A stretch of DNA of 64,000 bases. Origin: Raillietiella orientalis. Taxonomy: Eukaryota. The DNA lies in the NCBI GenBank assembly GCA_036172245.1, contig JAYWIR010000047.1, forward strand, positions 1,116,001 through 1,180,000, read 5' to 3'. Below are positions 47,491-61,115 of the stretch, piece by piece. The stretch's first letter is position 1, and the number at the start of each line of letters is the position of its first letter. Both the position numbers and the translations under genes were made by a program. The notes under the pieces were generated by a model. The model was not told the DNA's origin and did not search any database. It saw only the letters and a program-made list of their open reading frames with translations.

Positions 47491-50400
47491 CCCTCGGGGT
47501 GCTCTCAGGCTGCCTCTTCCAGCGAGGTCGGGGAGCAGGTGCCAAGAACAAGCATAGGCACAGTTGAATGCCTTCAGCGTATGGACGGCCGGACAGGGTC
47601 AGTGGGAAAGAGAGTGGACCGCTGGAAGATGGGAAGATGTCTCTCTCGGGAAAATCCTCGGGCCTCACAGCCCGGGATCGGCCCCGTAGGACTCCACACC
47701 GGGACTTTGCCTCGCCCGTCTCGCGCGAGGGGGGGAAACACGGCGTCCAGACGCCAACCGGTTTTTCCCTGGGGCACCTCCCATCCATGCGCGCGCACTT
47801 GCGACTCCCGTCCGTCGTCGGAAGGGACAGCTCGCGTGCGGGAGGATACTGTGATCTTCCCGTGTACGATCAGGGACGACGGATGGTAAACCTCCGCCCG
47901 TCTTCCCGCTCAGTCCTCCGTCTTTCCTCTTTTTTTTTTTGGTATGCTTCCGCGCACGTCCCGTACACTCCGGGAACGCAGGGAATGAGGGAAGGAGGTT
48001 CCCCTGAGTTCGATCGGCGGCGAGCGGGTCTTCTTCTTCCAGACACCCCCTCCTTCCCCAGTTCTCCAGCCGGAGGCACCCGCAAGCGGCGAACGACGTG
48101 GGGGGGTGCTGTTGGTGCGGCGAGATCCACTCCTGGACATCAGGCGGCCGCCTCCATCGTGGCCGGGGAAGAAGGAGGGAGGACCTCCGGACTTCCAGCT
48201 CTTCTCCCGAGAAGCCAGAAAATTCCGTCGCGCGGGAAGGGGGAGAGCCCTTCGCCGTTTCTCCTCCCCCCTCAGGGCAAGTTCTCGTAAGGCTCACTCC
48301 CGACGGCAGGCGGCAGCACGTGCGCGCCTTCGGAGCGACCGCCGCAGCGCATGCTCCGTGTTCCCGGTGGCCAGCGACCCAGGAGCAGCCTCCCATCTTC
48401 CCTGGCGCCTTCTAGGCATCGGACCACGAAGAGAGCCGAAACACCAACTCTGGCGAGCCCTGGTGCTCCTGCAGGCGTGCCAGAAGAGCCGTCTCTACCC
48501 CCTGCGACTCGCTGCCTCCGATGCAGGCGCCCGGCGGAGGAGCCTCTGTTCCACCGCGGGGGCAGGAGCAGGAAGACCTGCGTCCGTGTTTCCTTCTTCC
48601 CTCCCTTCCTTCTCTTCCTCCCTCCCCTTCCCTCCTCTTTCCTCCCCCTCTCTTCCTCTCTTCCCCCTCCCCCTTTCGTCTACCCGACGCCACTGCAGCA
48701 GCGTCGGAAAGTCCGGGATGCTCTCCTCTTCCTTTTCTTCCCCGCGGGAGCAGCGGAGCAAAAAAACGGGGGAGGGGGGAATGTTGCAAAACGCAGGCGT
48801 GACGTGGAGACGCGTAACCCCCCTCCCCCTTCCTCTTCCCTCTCTCCCTCCTCCTTCATCTCGTCCTTCTCCGGCGGCGGCGCGCCTTCGTCGCCATGGC
48901 AGCTCCGCTGCAGCGTTTGCGCCGGGGTGCGGCAGAGCATCCTCCGCAGCACGGGCGAGATCAGTGGATTCTCCGTCACCGAGGCTGCCTCCCTGGAGCC
49001 AAGAGGGGTCTCTTCCAAAGTCCGCATGGGAAAGAAGAAACAAAACACGCCCGCACGCACGCACTCACCCAGCGGCTGGCGCGCGCTCGTGAGCAGAGAG
49101 AGCTGTAGCTTCCCCGCTCTGCCTGCGGTCTCCCGGAGCGAATGCCTCCTCAGCAGGGATCATTTTTAATTCATCCCTTAATAAGAAGATTTTAAAGGAG
49201 CACAATCAAGTGGCTTGTAACCAGGAAGCAATAAAGATGCAGCATCGACAGGACCGTCACGCGATGCGGCTTTTATGGGCATCAGCAGCTCGTTCCCGTT
49301 TCCGGGAACGCTCGGCACTCGGCACGGACTTCAAAGCGGGCACTCCGTAATAAAACTTTGAATAATTCCTTGGGAAAGCGAGTCGTTCTGGAAACCGGGC
49401 CTGGGACGGAATCCCATCCGGCGCTCGCCCCCTCCGCCCTTCCCGCCTCTCCCCCTTCCATCTTCTAAATCCTTAGGATTGATAGGAAGATGAATAAAAG
49501 TTTATTGCCTCCTTCTCTGCGCGAAACGGAAATGAAAGAATGTTTCTTTGATTCGTCGCGCCGGGAGCCGCAGGAACGGTCCGCGGCCTCCTCCCCGGAG
49601 GAGGCCGCGGAGGTCCGCACGAACGACGCGTCGCAGCCGAACGAAGGCGGATTCCTCGGAAGGAGGAGGGGGGAGGGGAAGGCAGCGGCCGACCGTCGCT
49701 CGAGGACGGGTCGGTCCGGCTGGTTGCAGTTGCTGCTCCTCCGCTTCCGCTTCCGGCTTCCCGGACGCGGCGCCGGCGACGTGAAGGAACAGCCACCGCC
49801 CCCATCGCCAAAAAGTAAGGGGGAAGGGAGAAGAGGGCGTAAGCGAGGGTGCTCCCCTGCCCCACCTCGTCAACAACGACGCCCCACCCCTCGGGAGGGG
49901 GTGCGCCCTCGTCCGCCACCGCAACAGGCGGGAGGGAGGGGGGGAGGACTGGCCGCCTGCCGCGAGCACGCCGTGCGTGCGCGCCTCGGCCTCCGACTGG
50001 CGCCAGGGCCGCTTTCGGGAGTCGTTCCATGGAGCCGAGAGCCGGCGGCCGTCTGCACGCACGCACGTCCGCGGCGACGGCCGGTCCCCACAGCTCGCCG
50101 GACTGGCCTCACCGAAGACAAAGGGAGCAGACAGCTGCTGCTTCCTCCCCTAGGGCAGCCGCTTGGACAGCGCCCCGGCAGCCCAACTTGACCAAACCTC
50201 CTCGAACCGATCGACGTCGTCCGAGGCTGCGAACGGGTCCACTTAGCCTGCCGTTCTATAAATAACCCGGTAATCATTCCGTGGTGGACCGGGGAGGCGG
50301 AAGCAATTACGAGGGTCATCGGACCAAAGGGGGGAGGAAGAAGCACGGGCTAGGGAGGCGCCACCATGCTGTCGGCCGATGGCGCAGTTCGACCTCTCAC

Positions 50401-51439
50401 GGTGCGGCGAGTTTGCCTGCCAGTAATGCGCTGGCGCGCGGTGCTAGCACCCTAAAGGCATCCCCGTGCCACCCGCTCCGTCCGTGTTCCAGCAGGCGCA
50501 GGAGAGCGACCGTCCCCTTGGGAAGAGGGGCAGAGACGAACGGGACTCGGATCCCCGGAGTTGAAGGGAGGGGAGACGGGGGATCGAGAGCTCTTTCTCT
50601 TCTGCTCCCTCCCGGAAGTGAAATCTCCGGGAAGAGGCCAAGGTGCACGGAAGCAGCAGAGAGTCGCCTCAGGATGCCAGCCGCAGCAGGAGAGCTCCTT
50701 GGGGAGGAGGAGGAGAAAGAGTAAGGGAAGAGGAAAAGAGGGAGAAGGAAGAGGAAGGGGAAAAGAGGGAGGAGGGGGAGGGAACAAGTCGAGGGCGGCC
50801 GCTCTCGTGCTGGCGAGAGGAGGCCTCCATGTGGAGCTTCTGTGATGTCAAGGTCAGGGGTCAGGGGTACTAGCCTCTGACGCTAGCGTGCATGCTGCTG
50901 TCCCTTCTGCGAGGCATCGGGCCGCCCTAGCACGTGCGCGCGCGCACACCCGACCGTGGCACTCGCGCGCCCCGAGGGAAAACCTCAGACTCGGCATTGC
51001 CCGAGCGCTGTTCCGGCTGTCCTTCTCCGTCGACGGGATACGGGAGCGGTTCGTTCTTTTCCCTCCCTTCCCTGCCCCCCTGCTCCTCTGTCCGTGTTCC
51101 AGCCCGGAAGTAGCAGTCCTCGCACTTCCCCTCCCTCGCACAGCTGACTTCTCGATGACCCACTTTTATGGGCTCGCCGACCCGAGTCCAACCGGCATGC
51201 CTGCGAGGTCTCGCGCTCGACGCAGCAGCGGATCAGCAGACTTCCGCGCGAGCTACTTGCTCCCCCCAGCAATCCCACAACCCTTCCCGCCAGACGAGCG
51301 GCTTTTCGACTGAGAAAGTCGTCGCCCGAGAAAGCGAGCGAGAGGCCCTCGGAGGGAGGAGGGCGACAGCCGGCGGGCCCTTGAGGCGGCGGTTGAGAAG
51401 GCAGCGAGAGATCCGAACGCCCCCTCGTCCCGGGCGCTC

Positions 51440-52350
51440 CGAACCAATCATTCAGGGTCAATAGATAAAACTCTTGCCGGAGGGGCAGCGTCTTGTCCGC
51501 TGACCCGAAACGAAAAAGCACAGCCCCCACTGAGGACGGGACCCGGGAGGGGGGCGAGAGTGGGAAGCGAGGCCCAACAAGTTAACAAGTAGGCAGTGCC
51601 TACCGAGGGGACCCACGGTGGTGGGGGTAGTGCCCGAGGGTCTGCTTCGGGAAGGGAGGGGGAACGGGTGTCGTTGCCGGTGTCAAGCACGAATCCCGTC
51701 GGAAGCTGCCCCGAGGCGCCCTCTTGCAGCCGCTGGGGCCACCGTGTCGCCGCTCTTCGCCCAGGGGAGACAGCAGCTGCCCTTAGGAGGTGGCGGCCAC
51801 CCCCCTCTGTTGCCTCCTCCGCAGATGGCGACCAACGAGGAGACAAATGAGGGGGCCCTGGGAGGTCAGAGCGTCCAGAGTAGGACCTGGTAGTCGTCAT
51901 CGGTCTCCACGGCCTCCAGAGGAGCGTATCCCAAGAAGGTCCTCCCCGGAGGGCGCGTGGAGCCTTTCCCGGCACCGGTGGAGGGTGCAGCCTGACAGCA
52001 GGCGGGGCTTGGGGCATGTGGAGCCTACCTGCCTGGGATCTCGGAGTTCCCTCAAAGCGACTGGGTAGGAGAACCCCCGAAATCCTCTCCCCCCCACACA
52101 CACCTTCGCGCCCCTCCGGGTCCTCGGGAGTGGCTTCGCGCACCGGCCGTTCGGTGTAGTGGGTCGACCCTTGAGACCCCGCGATGCACCACCACCCGCC
52201 TCAGGGCGCCTTGAATCACCTGGACACGCGCTGCCTTGGGCCTCGCCTGGGGAAAGCTGCCTAACACAGGAATGGCTCCAGAGGCAGGAGGATCCCGAAG
52301 AGCTTCCGGGAGCAGCGTTCCTCGCTGAAGATAGGAGCTGGGAACCCTTG
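51440..52350 (+). mobile_element. Eroded LINE ORF2 remnant
   Basis: FRVNR*NS at ~51451 (copy A LRVNREKS), PDSRRGLGHV at ~51990-52020 (GGLG motif), WLQRQEDPEEL at ~52273 (copy A WAQNEEASPEL). Confidence 0.45.
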
Positions 52351-54849
52351 GGAAAGGAGCTCAGGCGTGGGACGCGAGAAGGGGTCTCTCTGAGCCCCGA
52401 AAGGTCACGTGAGAATCCACCTGCAAGGAGGGGCCTCCCGTAAAGGTCACACGTAGGAAGTGCAGGGGGCCACGCAGAACCTGGGGAATTCGGGAGGTCA
52501 GCAGATCGGAAAGGGTGAAGCGGAAAAGGCTTCCGGCCGCGAAGGGACCCTAGGTAACTCGAGCATCGTCTCAGGGAGGCAGATGACCCAAGATCCTTCC
52601 TCCCTTCCCTCCTTCCCCCCTTCCAAAGCCTTCCAGGTCTCGAGAAACAGCCACAGCCACCCAAGAGCTGATGGGATGACGGCTGCACCTCGTGGACGGA
52701 CTTCGTGGAGCCTCGCCCTGCAGAAACTACGAAGGTGCGTGGCGGTGCTTCCCTCCGCCACGCACCCGCCTTACTACCGAAGAAGAGAGCGTCCCCTCCT
52801 CCTCCTTCGCTTCCTTTTCGCAATCTCGCTGCCCTCCCATGAGGGCCAGGGAGACTTCTGGATCTCGCAGTCGGGGGCGGAAGGAGACTGCCGTCTCCTA
52901 AGATAGCAGGTTCGCCCCTGAGGCTGCTGTCGGGAGTCCAAGGGAGGGTTACCAGCGGTTCCCCTCACGGTCTCGCGCCTTACCCACCGCTACAAGAGCT
53001 CCCAGAGGGCGCGCAGAAGAGACTGCCCCCCTCCCTCTTCCACGCGGTGAAGGCGACTATGGTCCCCAGGTTCGAAAACCCTTTTGGAGGCTTGTCTTGT
53101 GGGAGCGCTACTGGCGACGCTGGGTGAAACCCTGATTCACTGTTGACCTTTTCTGTCTCCGGGTCGAGAGGGGTAGGCAGCGGGAGGGTCCACTCCGGGG
53201 GAGGGCAGGGCACCTCTGCTTCTCCCGGCTGGTGAGCGACCACCGCCGTCACCTCTCCTTCCCGCGGGGGTGAGTGCCGTGCCAGAGGGTAGGGCGGCCT
53301 CGCCCGCCGCTGCGTGCAGCCGGGCAACTGCCAGCCGGAAGCGCGAAGGGGAGGCTACGTCTGCGCGGCAGGATCCTCCCGGCCGGCCGAGCTCAGGCGT
53401 CACCGTGGCCCGCCAGTGCGGCGCGCTCCCGCGCTCGGGATGAGCAGCGGACGCAGGAAGGGGAGAGAGGCGCCGCCATCGTAAACTCCACTTTTATGGC
53501 CGGCGCCGGGAACTGCCGCCACCCTGGTCGCGGGGGCGACCGCGCTGGAAAGGACGGCCGGAGTGGGGGAAACGGAGACGACGGAGGCAGGGATTACTCC
53601 TGGAAGACCGGGACAACGGTCAGAAGCCCCAGGTCGCCAGCGCGATTTCCAGAGGATGAAAAGAGGGAGAAGGGAGAAAGTTGAGGAGCAAAGTCTCCCG
53701 CTCCAGGACAGCAGGGAGTTTCGTTCCTTCTTCGGGAAGTGGGTGGGGGGGGGCCAGTGGATGGGGGCGCCCGAATCGAGACGATCCTCGAGGGCGCCCC
53801 AAGAGGATCGGGTCCACTCCCGATCCTCGTGGGTCCCCTTCCCCCAGGACGGAGCGTCCCCCGGCAGTCAGGACGGGTGGACCGAACGGTCTGGCTCCCG
53901 CGGGATATATGGACAACTGGAGGCTCTCAAGCGACCGGCTGAGAGGGCAAAGACACGCCAGGACCGGGAGAGGAACCACCTGCGACCTCCCCTTGCAGGT
54001 TGGAGTCCCCATCTCGGCAGATCCTCCTCCTCTTCCTCCCTTCCCCTCCTCCTGCACTCCTTCCTCCTTCCTCCTCCTCCTCCCCCTCTCTTTTTCTTCT
54101 CCTCCTCCTCTCCCGCTTCGGGATGGTGTCGTTGGGCATCCAAAGGCGATTCCTTCTTGCGTCGCCGGCCAGGCGGTCGGAGCCCCCGCTGCCGACAGCT
54201 CTCCTCCCTAGAAGGGGAATCGCGATGGTCGCCACCGTCCTCTGCTGGGGGAGGGCGAACCGCTGCCTGTTAGTCCGCAGCAGGTGGCAGTGCCCCCATC
54301 CTCCCGGGAACCCGGAGGATCCTCCTCGGCTGCGGGGACTTTCCGCCGGCTCCCTCGCTCCAGTGAGGAGAGGGTGTCGAGCTGGCCACATCTCTGCCAA
54401 GGAATAGAAGGGGAGTCGCCCGCGGGCAGGCAGGACATGAAGACTCTGAGCTAGCTGCTGACTTTTTTCTCCTCCTCTTCCTCTCCCCACCCACGCCCCT
54501 GTCCCGATGACAAGGGCACCTGTTCCCCCCCCCTCCCCCCTAGCGACTAGCAGATCTTTGCGGCATTCGCTTCTCTGTGCCCCCAGGTGGTGTAGTGGAA
54601 CCCGACTGACTTGTTCTGCCGTTGCTGCCTTCGCTTTGCTTTCCTGGACCCTATTCTGCCACCTTTCCCCAGGCTTCCCTACTGCGTGCCCTCGTCAAAA
54701 GTACTCCATGGGCACGCCCGACGTGTTCCAGGAGCCGTGACAGGTCTCTTTGGCCGCCGCAAGGGGACGTCCCAGAGTGATCGGGTCACAAACGGCTTCC
54801 CCCTCCACCTTGCCCTCGCCGACCTCTCCTCTTCCCCTCCCCCTTCTCT

Positions 54850-55680
54850 CTAGCTGGAAAGTGAAGGACTGGGTCACCAGGAGAATCACTCGTGGGTAGG
54901 TGACGTCCCCGCATTCTCCCCAGGAGGCAGATCAGCGAGGCTCCAGGCGCCTCCGGGAAAGGACCGCTCTCCGGTGTCCAGAGTCGGCCTCCGAAGCAGC
55001 GGGGAACCTGGTGGTGACCTTGACCTGCGAGGTACGGGGAGGTCGCGGACTCCGGTGTGAACGAACCTTCCCCCCATCTCCGAGGTCATCGCTGCGGGGG
55101 CATCGCCCACCCGCCGGCACCTCAGACGAAAGGCGCGATGGACTGCCCACCCCCGGCTGATGTAGCAAGGATGAGCAAGGGAGACCTGGCGGCCCTGTCC
55201 CCTCTCCTGTCTGCCCGAAGGGCGGGTGGGAGGAGGGAATTTCGAGGGCAACACTTACACCCCACCTTCGAGGAGGACTGGCCGCGGGGACGGAGAGGGA
55301 AGGCCGACTTCCTCTCCTCCCTGGCCCCGCCTCCTTCCTTCCTGGAGGGAGGTGTGGGGCCGCGAGAGACCCGGTACCCCTGGGCGAGCAGCTGCCGTCG
55401 AACCAGCGTCAGCGAGAGACCTCTCAGCAGGGCGCGCTTCCACCCCCGCCTGAGGGTACCCGAAAAAGCAAGCGGGCAGCAGCAAGAAGGTGCAGTGGAA
55501 AGGGAGACCCCCCTTGGCCCCGCAGACGAACCCAAGGGTGGGGGTCCTTCGGGGTTCACAAGGGTTCCCTCCCGCGCGGGCTTCGGGGTTCGAATCGCCC
55601 GAGAGGGGTAGGGGGAGGTCCCCGACGTCCAAGAGTGACCCTCCGGTCCCCTGGGCACACCTGCTGGCCCTGTGAGCCGC
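54850..55680 (+). mobile_element. Eroded LINE AP-endonuclease remnant
   Basis: Ordered motifs with plausible spacing: GHQENH (~54871), AGNLVVTL (~55000), VNEPSP, GGGNFEG (~55229), SDPPVP (~55634, SDH-like). Confidence 0.45.
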
Positions 55681-58600
55681 CGCCCATCCTACCGGAGAGC
55701 GTAGCTCCTTCCCGGGACGCCCCGGGACGAGGCGCAGCCCCCGCCGCTTCCACGCTAGAGGACACGCTCCCGCCCTCTTCCCGGTGGCGTCCCTTTCGCC
55801 GACTGCAGAGGAGCGGAGAGGAGAACCCGCTGCTTGCCCGGCTGGCGGGCAGTCCGGAGGCAAGCTCGTGTCTTTCGCGGTCACTGCCTCGTGCCCCGAG
55901 AAATGCCCTCATGGGATGGAGTGACAGCGACCTCGATCACCCCGGGTGTCCTGCGAATCCTCTGCCCTCCGGAGCGACAGTGCTTCACCTCCGCGGGCAC
56001 TTCTTCCCGAGCCCCTCCCTTCCTTCCCTCCCTTCGGAGAGCGAAGGCATCCCGTTGCCCTCGAGCACCTCGAGCCTCGGGAGCCGACCAGGAGGAGCGT
56101 GCATACCCCCTGATCGCCGCCCTGGACCTCCGAGGTCCGCCCTCCGTTCGTCCGAGGGATTCTGGGAGGACATCGTCGTAGAAACGGGCGGGTTCCGAGG
56201 ACCCCACGCCGAGCCACGCGGCGCGGGAAGAGCCCTCAGTATCGGAGGCGCCTGCAACTTGTCCTTCCTCGCCCCACCCTCGCCCTCCGGGCTGCCCGCC
56301 AGCCGAAGACGCCGTGCCGAGCTGCACCCGGCCGCCGTTGGCTTTTCCGCCGGCCGCAGAGATCAGCGCGGCGCCACCTCCGCGGTCAGTCACGCTCGGA
56401 GAACCGACCGTCCCGCGGGAACCGCGCGCGCCGCTGAGCTCGGCATTCCAGCTCTCCTGGAGGAAAGGGGAAGAGGAGGAGGGGGGGGGGGAATGTTCGG
56501 GAGGGAAGAAGGCGCGCGCGCGTCCCATACTCCTCCGCCTCTTTCCTCCCTGCCCTCTCCCGCTGTCCATCCCGCGGCGAGGGCGAGGAGAGAAGGAGCG
56601 CTCGCGGTCCGCCCGCGGCGCCACCTGCGCGACTGCCTGGAAACGCGCGCCGGGAGGGAGGGGGAGGCCGCGAAGCGGAGTGGAAGCGGCGAAACATCCG
56701 GCGGCGATGACGAGACGACGAGGCTTTAATTGCCGCAGCCCCGATGAAGTGGAAACGACGGCGGAAGCCGTCCGCTTCCTGGAGACAGAAGGGGGAGGGG
56801 AGGGAGAGGCGTTCCTGGAAACGGCCGCGCAATCGAGATCAGATGGCGCTGCCGGCGAGCGTAAACATCCAGACAGTCGCCGGGTCGAACCCTCGGCAGC
56901 GGTTGTCTCGGTTAAATAACGCGGAGACGCGGTGCGGACGAGAAGACCACAGAGGCAGCGGGGTTCCCCCCCCCCCTCTCTCCCACCTTCCTTGCCGGCA
57001 GTCCCTCAGTCGCCCCGATCGGGGAAGCTGCGCCGGTGGAGCCTGCTGCGAGCTGCCGCGGTCGCCTCACCCGCCGAGGCTGCCGACAGCTCCGGCGAAG
57101 GGGCGGGCGAAAGGCGACCCCCCGCGGCGCTCTTCCGCGCCTTCCAAGGGAGGGACGTCATCCCGCTTCGTCCCGAGAGAAGAGAGCCCGCCCTCCTGAG
57201 GGTAGGGGCAGGAAAGGCTCGACTTCCGGAACCCTACCCTTGCAGGCGAATCTCGCGACCAAGCCGAACTACGCGAAAGGGGGGGGGGGGGCAAAAGCGC
57301 CGGACCGCCAGCAACACTGCGAGCGGGAGGAGATACGAAGGCGCACCTGGAGGAAGGAGGGCCGCGCGCGAGGGCGTGTCTCGCGCGGAGGCGCCCCAGT
57401 GGGCGAGCGCGCCCCCGGCGCGTCGTGTAACCGGAAGACAGGTCGTTTACCGCCAGGGAGCCGACGGGAGCGCTCTCTTAGGAAGCCGCGACGCCGCGGT
57501 GGCTTCCACGTTCCCCGCGCGCCAGCATCCAGTCGCCACCGAAAACTCCTCGGATGCCAACGGTCCTAGCAAGCGGTCACCAGAGGAGGAAGAGGTGAGG
57601 GAAGGGCGGCGGTCACCGCCGCGTACGGTTTCGCCCGCACCCGGCGGAGCGTGCGGGCTGCCCGAATCGCGGCGCCTCGGATGCGGGGGACGCTCGTCCG
57701 CTAGGAGCGCTCGCTACGCGTCGTCTCGAGGAGCCGTGGGGTGGCGGCAGAGATGCGCAGCGTTGCTGTGACGAGGGAGCGCTTCTGACGGATGACTGCT
57801 GGTTCTGTGAGCAAGGGAACCGCCCGGGAGATGCTGAAAGCCACCCGGTTGATGCAGGCGTGGCGTTTCGGATCGCGGGCAAGGCGACGGCACAGAAGTG
57901 CGCGGGATCGTTTTTTGCCCGTTTCGGGAGGGGGAGGGAGGGAGGCGAGGACGGGGAGGGGTGGGGAAGCGACTCCCGCATCTTTTGGCAAATCACAGCA
58001 CACGCGCGTCTGCATGCGCACGGCTCCGGGATCGCGCGCTGGCACGAACCGCCCCGCCATCTATCGTCGTTCAGGGAAACAAGATCGCGGCACATCGACG
58101 TTCCCAGCGAGGGCGAGCGAAAATTTTCAAAGGATGAGAAAACAAGCAGGAAGGGAAAAAAAAGGAAAAAAGAAGCATCTTTCCCTTCATAAAATGAATG
58201 GTGTCATCGAAATATCAAATGTCATGCATAAAAAAGGAAAAATACGATCCGACTTGGAAGCAAACTCAGCTGAGCGCACGCTCGCTCGCTTGCCATCTAT
58301 TATCTTGGCAGAGAAGTCGGTCGTGCCAACTGTGTACTCTTCTACGTGACAGAAGTATTATTGACAGTGAAGGTATTCTCAAAAATCCTGATCTTCTTCA
58401 CATCGGGAGAAGGCGCCGAGGTAGGAAACAAGATCTAGCCTCGTAAACACATCGGGGAGAAAAAGGAAAAGAGGAAGACGAAGAAAAAAACGAGGGGAAA
58501 AATAAAGCAAAGCAACAGGAACGTCTCCTCACGTGACGATTAAGCTGCAACCATGACTCGTTACAGAGCACGGGGGGAGGTGAAATCAGAGGAAACGCGC

Positions 58601-61009
58601 TGCTTCCCCTGGAAGAACGCTGCGAATTCCGTCGGATGCGGGAAGATGCGAGATGCAGGCAGCGATGAAAGATGGGACGCTCGAAGAACGCGGCAGCCCC
58701 CGAGCAAGAGACAGCTCGTTTCAGGTCCCTCCAAGGCTTTTGCAGGCTCGCGGAGGACGCGCAGCAGCTGCAACAGCGATGCCACGGAGTGCCTCACCCT
58801 TCGAAGGCGCTCCCTTCCGGACGGAACGGAGAGGCGCTTCCGCTTCCCCCCCCCCCCCAGCAGCATCCCAGCAGAGCGGTGCGGCTGCCTTGGGGGCGTC
58901 GGTGAGCTCGAGGGAAGCATCGCGGAAGCGGTGGTTCCCTCCAGCCTTTACCGACACCCCTGTTCCCTTCCCGAGACTTTCCCCGTTAGACGCCGAGGGA
59001 TCCTCCCGGCTTCCTTCAGGGACTGGACCGCGCGGTTGGCTGCTGGTCCGGAAAGCGCCACCGCCTCGGCAGCAGGGGCGGCGGCGGTAGGGGGGATGGC
59101 GCCCCGCGCCAGAAGAGCGCTTCCGAGTCACCAGCCGTGCGTCATTTTCGGACGTTTATTTTCGCCTTCCGTTAACAGTGACGCGTGGAGTTCCACTTCC
59201 CTGGAGAGCCAGCAGGCAGCGCTCCACCCGAGAACGCGCCTTGGCGCACGGAGATCGGGAAAGTTCCCGATGGATGCGGGCTAACAAATGGATCCGCTGA
59301 AAGCTCCGCTGGGTATAAATAACTGGTGGCAGGGATGGGGAAGGCCGCACGACGAACGGAATCCGCATGTGCTCACGGACGAAAAAAGGAGCGGTCACTT
59401 GAACACAGCCAGCGCCTCAGGGGCTGCTCGGCCGGGCCTTCTCGGATGCTGATGCCCGCACCTCCTCCCTGAGCTCCCGGCGGAGGTGGGCGCTCCCGAA
59501 CCGGGAGCGGAACGCGACGTTCCCCTCAGGGGCGTGGATTTTTGCCGCGACCGGGACGCTCCGGTTCCGCCGCGCCCCCCTCGCGAGCTCCAGTGCGCGT
59601 CCGGCCGGTGCCGTTAACCCGTATCCAAGCGACCGGGACGCGAGAGGCTGCGCGCCGTCCGCCTCACCTTCGAAAAGTCACGTGTGGACGACGCTGGAAT
59701 CGAACGTTCCCGCGTTTGTCCAAGGCGGTGGCATGCGTGCGTGCGTGTGTGAGGGGGAGAAGGGACCACGTACGCACGCACGCACGCGAATGAAAAGGAA
59801 AACGCGAAGTCGGTTGCGAAGATTCGCGGTTCGTCAGACGGAAGAAGAGCGAGAGCTTCCCCGGGAAGTCGTCGTCGCCGCTTGCGGACGGTGGGATATT
59901 CCCGGAGAGAAAGTCGGAATCGACGAAAAAACTCCGGAGCGACGTTTCCTCGGGTGACTTTTCTCGAGGGAGCCGCGCGGGGGAAGAATTCTTTAAATAA
60001 ACGGAAGGGGGACACGCGTTGCGAGACCTGCGTCACTTGGCGACGGCGGCCGGGCTCCGTCGCGAAGGAGGGAAGATGCGCCACCGCGTGCTGCTCGCAA
60101 CGGGGAGTTTCTTCCGAAGGCGAAGGGAAGAGAGGCGGACGGTGGCGGCGCTAATGAACAGCCGGGGTCGGAAGGAACGCCTGAGAGGTCCTCGCGCTGG
60201 GGGGGGGGGGAGGAAACGAAAACAAAATTAGACGCTCCTTCTCCTCCCCACCCCCACCTCGCAGGATGCGACAGCACATTGGAGAGCCCGACGTAGCGAA
60301 ACTTTGGCGGAAAGAAGGGGAGAGCTCCTGTGAGAGATCCCCCGGTAACGCAGAGACCTTCCTTCCCTTTCCTGCTCTGCTTTGCCTTTGCTGCCGTCAC
60401 GTCGGCAGCGCTCCGGTCACCCGCTGCCCCGCGGACCGGACGGCTCTCATCTTCGACCCCGCGTGTGCCCCTTTGGCCAGTAGGGTCGGCTACACAGCGG
60501 CTCTCACACCCGGTCGAACGGGACTCAGGCGCTGACCCCTCCCGGCGGACTCTGCGAAGCAGGGAAGGAGCGCAAAACCGCGGGTGCGGCGTCCCTCCTC
60601 GTCTTCCAAGGAGGCAAGGGGGGGAGGGAGCCGGGTTGGGTCGGGTCAAGTCGGGACGGAAGGGTGATGCTCCCGACGGAGGAATGCCGGTCGCAGCGGA
60701 ACATCTCAGAATGCGGGTCGTCGGATGCGGCGGCCGCGGGAATTTCCCTCGCGAGCAGATGCAAACGAAGGGTGAAGAGCGACGGGTCCTCCTCCCTTCG
60801 ACTGAGGCTCCAGCGACCCTTCCTCGAGGGCGTCCTCCTCTGCTCCAACCTTGCCTTTTTTCCTTCCGGACTCCTTTCCTTTCGCCCTTCCGGGCTTGAG
60901 CAGATGCCCAGGCCGCACGTGGACGGTGACGGGAAGGGAGTTGGAGGGATGGGCGGCCGTTCCGGTGCGAGGGAGAGCGTCATCTCTCAGGTATATGGGC
61001 GCGCTCAGC

Positions 61010-61115
61010 AAGTCCGATCCAAGTAGTGCCAAGAACTTCGGGGACGATAAAGGCTATAGAGACGAGCCGTCAGTTGTTCTTTGCTGCTGCCGTCTGGCGG
61101 CAGCTCTGGCGGATG
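61010..61115 (+). mobile_element. Possible zf-RVT remnant of another L1-like family
   Basis: IETSRQLFFAAAVWRQLW resembles ETxxHLFFxCxxARQxW. The Cys/His ligands are lost. Confidence 0.3.

Noticed and set aside
54580..54660. tRNA or SINE suggested by A-box-like TGGTGTAGTGG (similar motif at ~52153)
   Set aside because: No B-box (GTTCRA) at the right distance and no cloverleaf.
59312..59322. TATA-like TATAAATA (also at ~11674 and ~50256)
   Set aside because: No supportable downstream gene; an 8-mer alone is insufficient.
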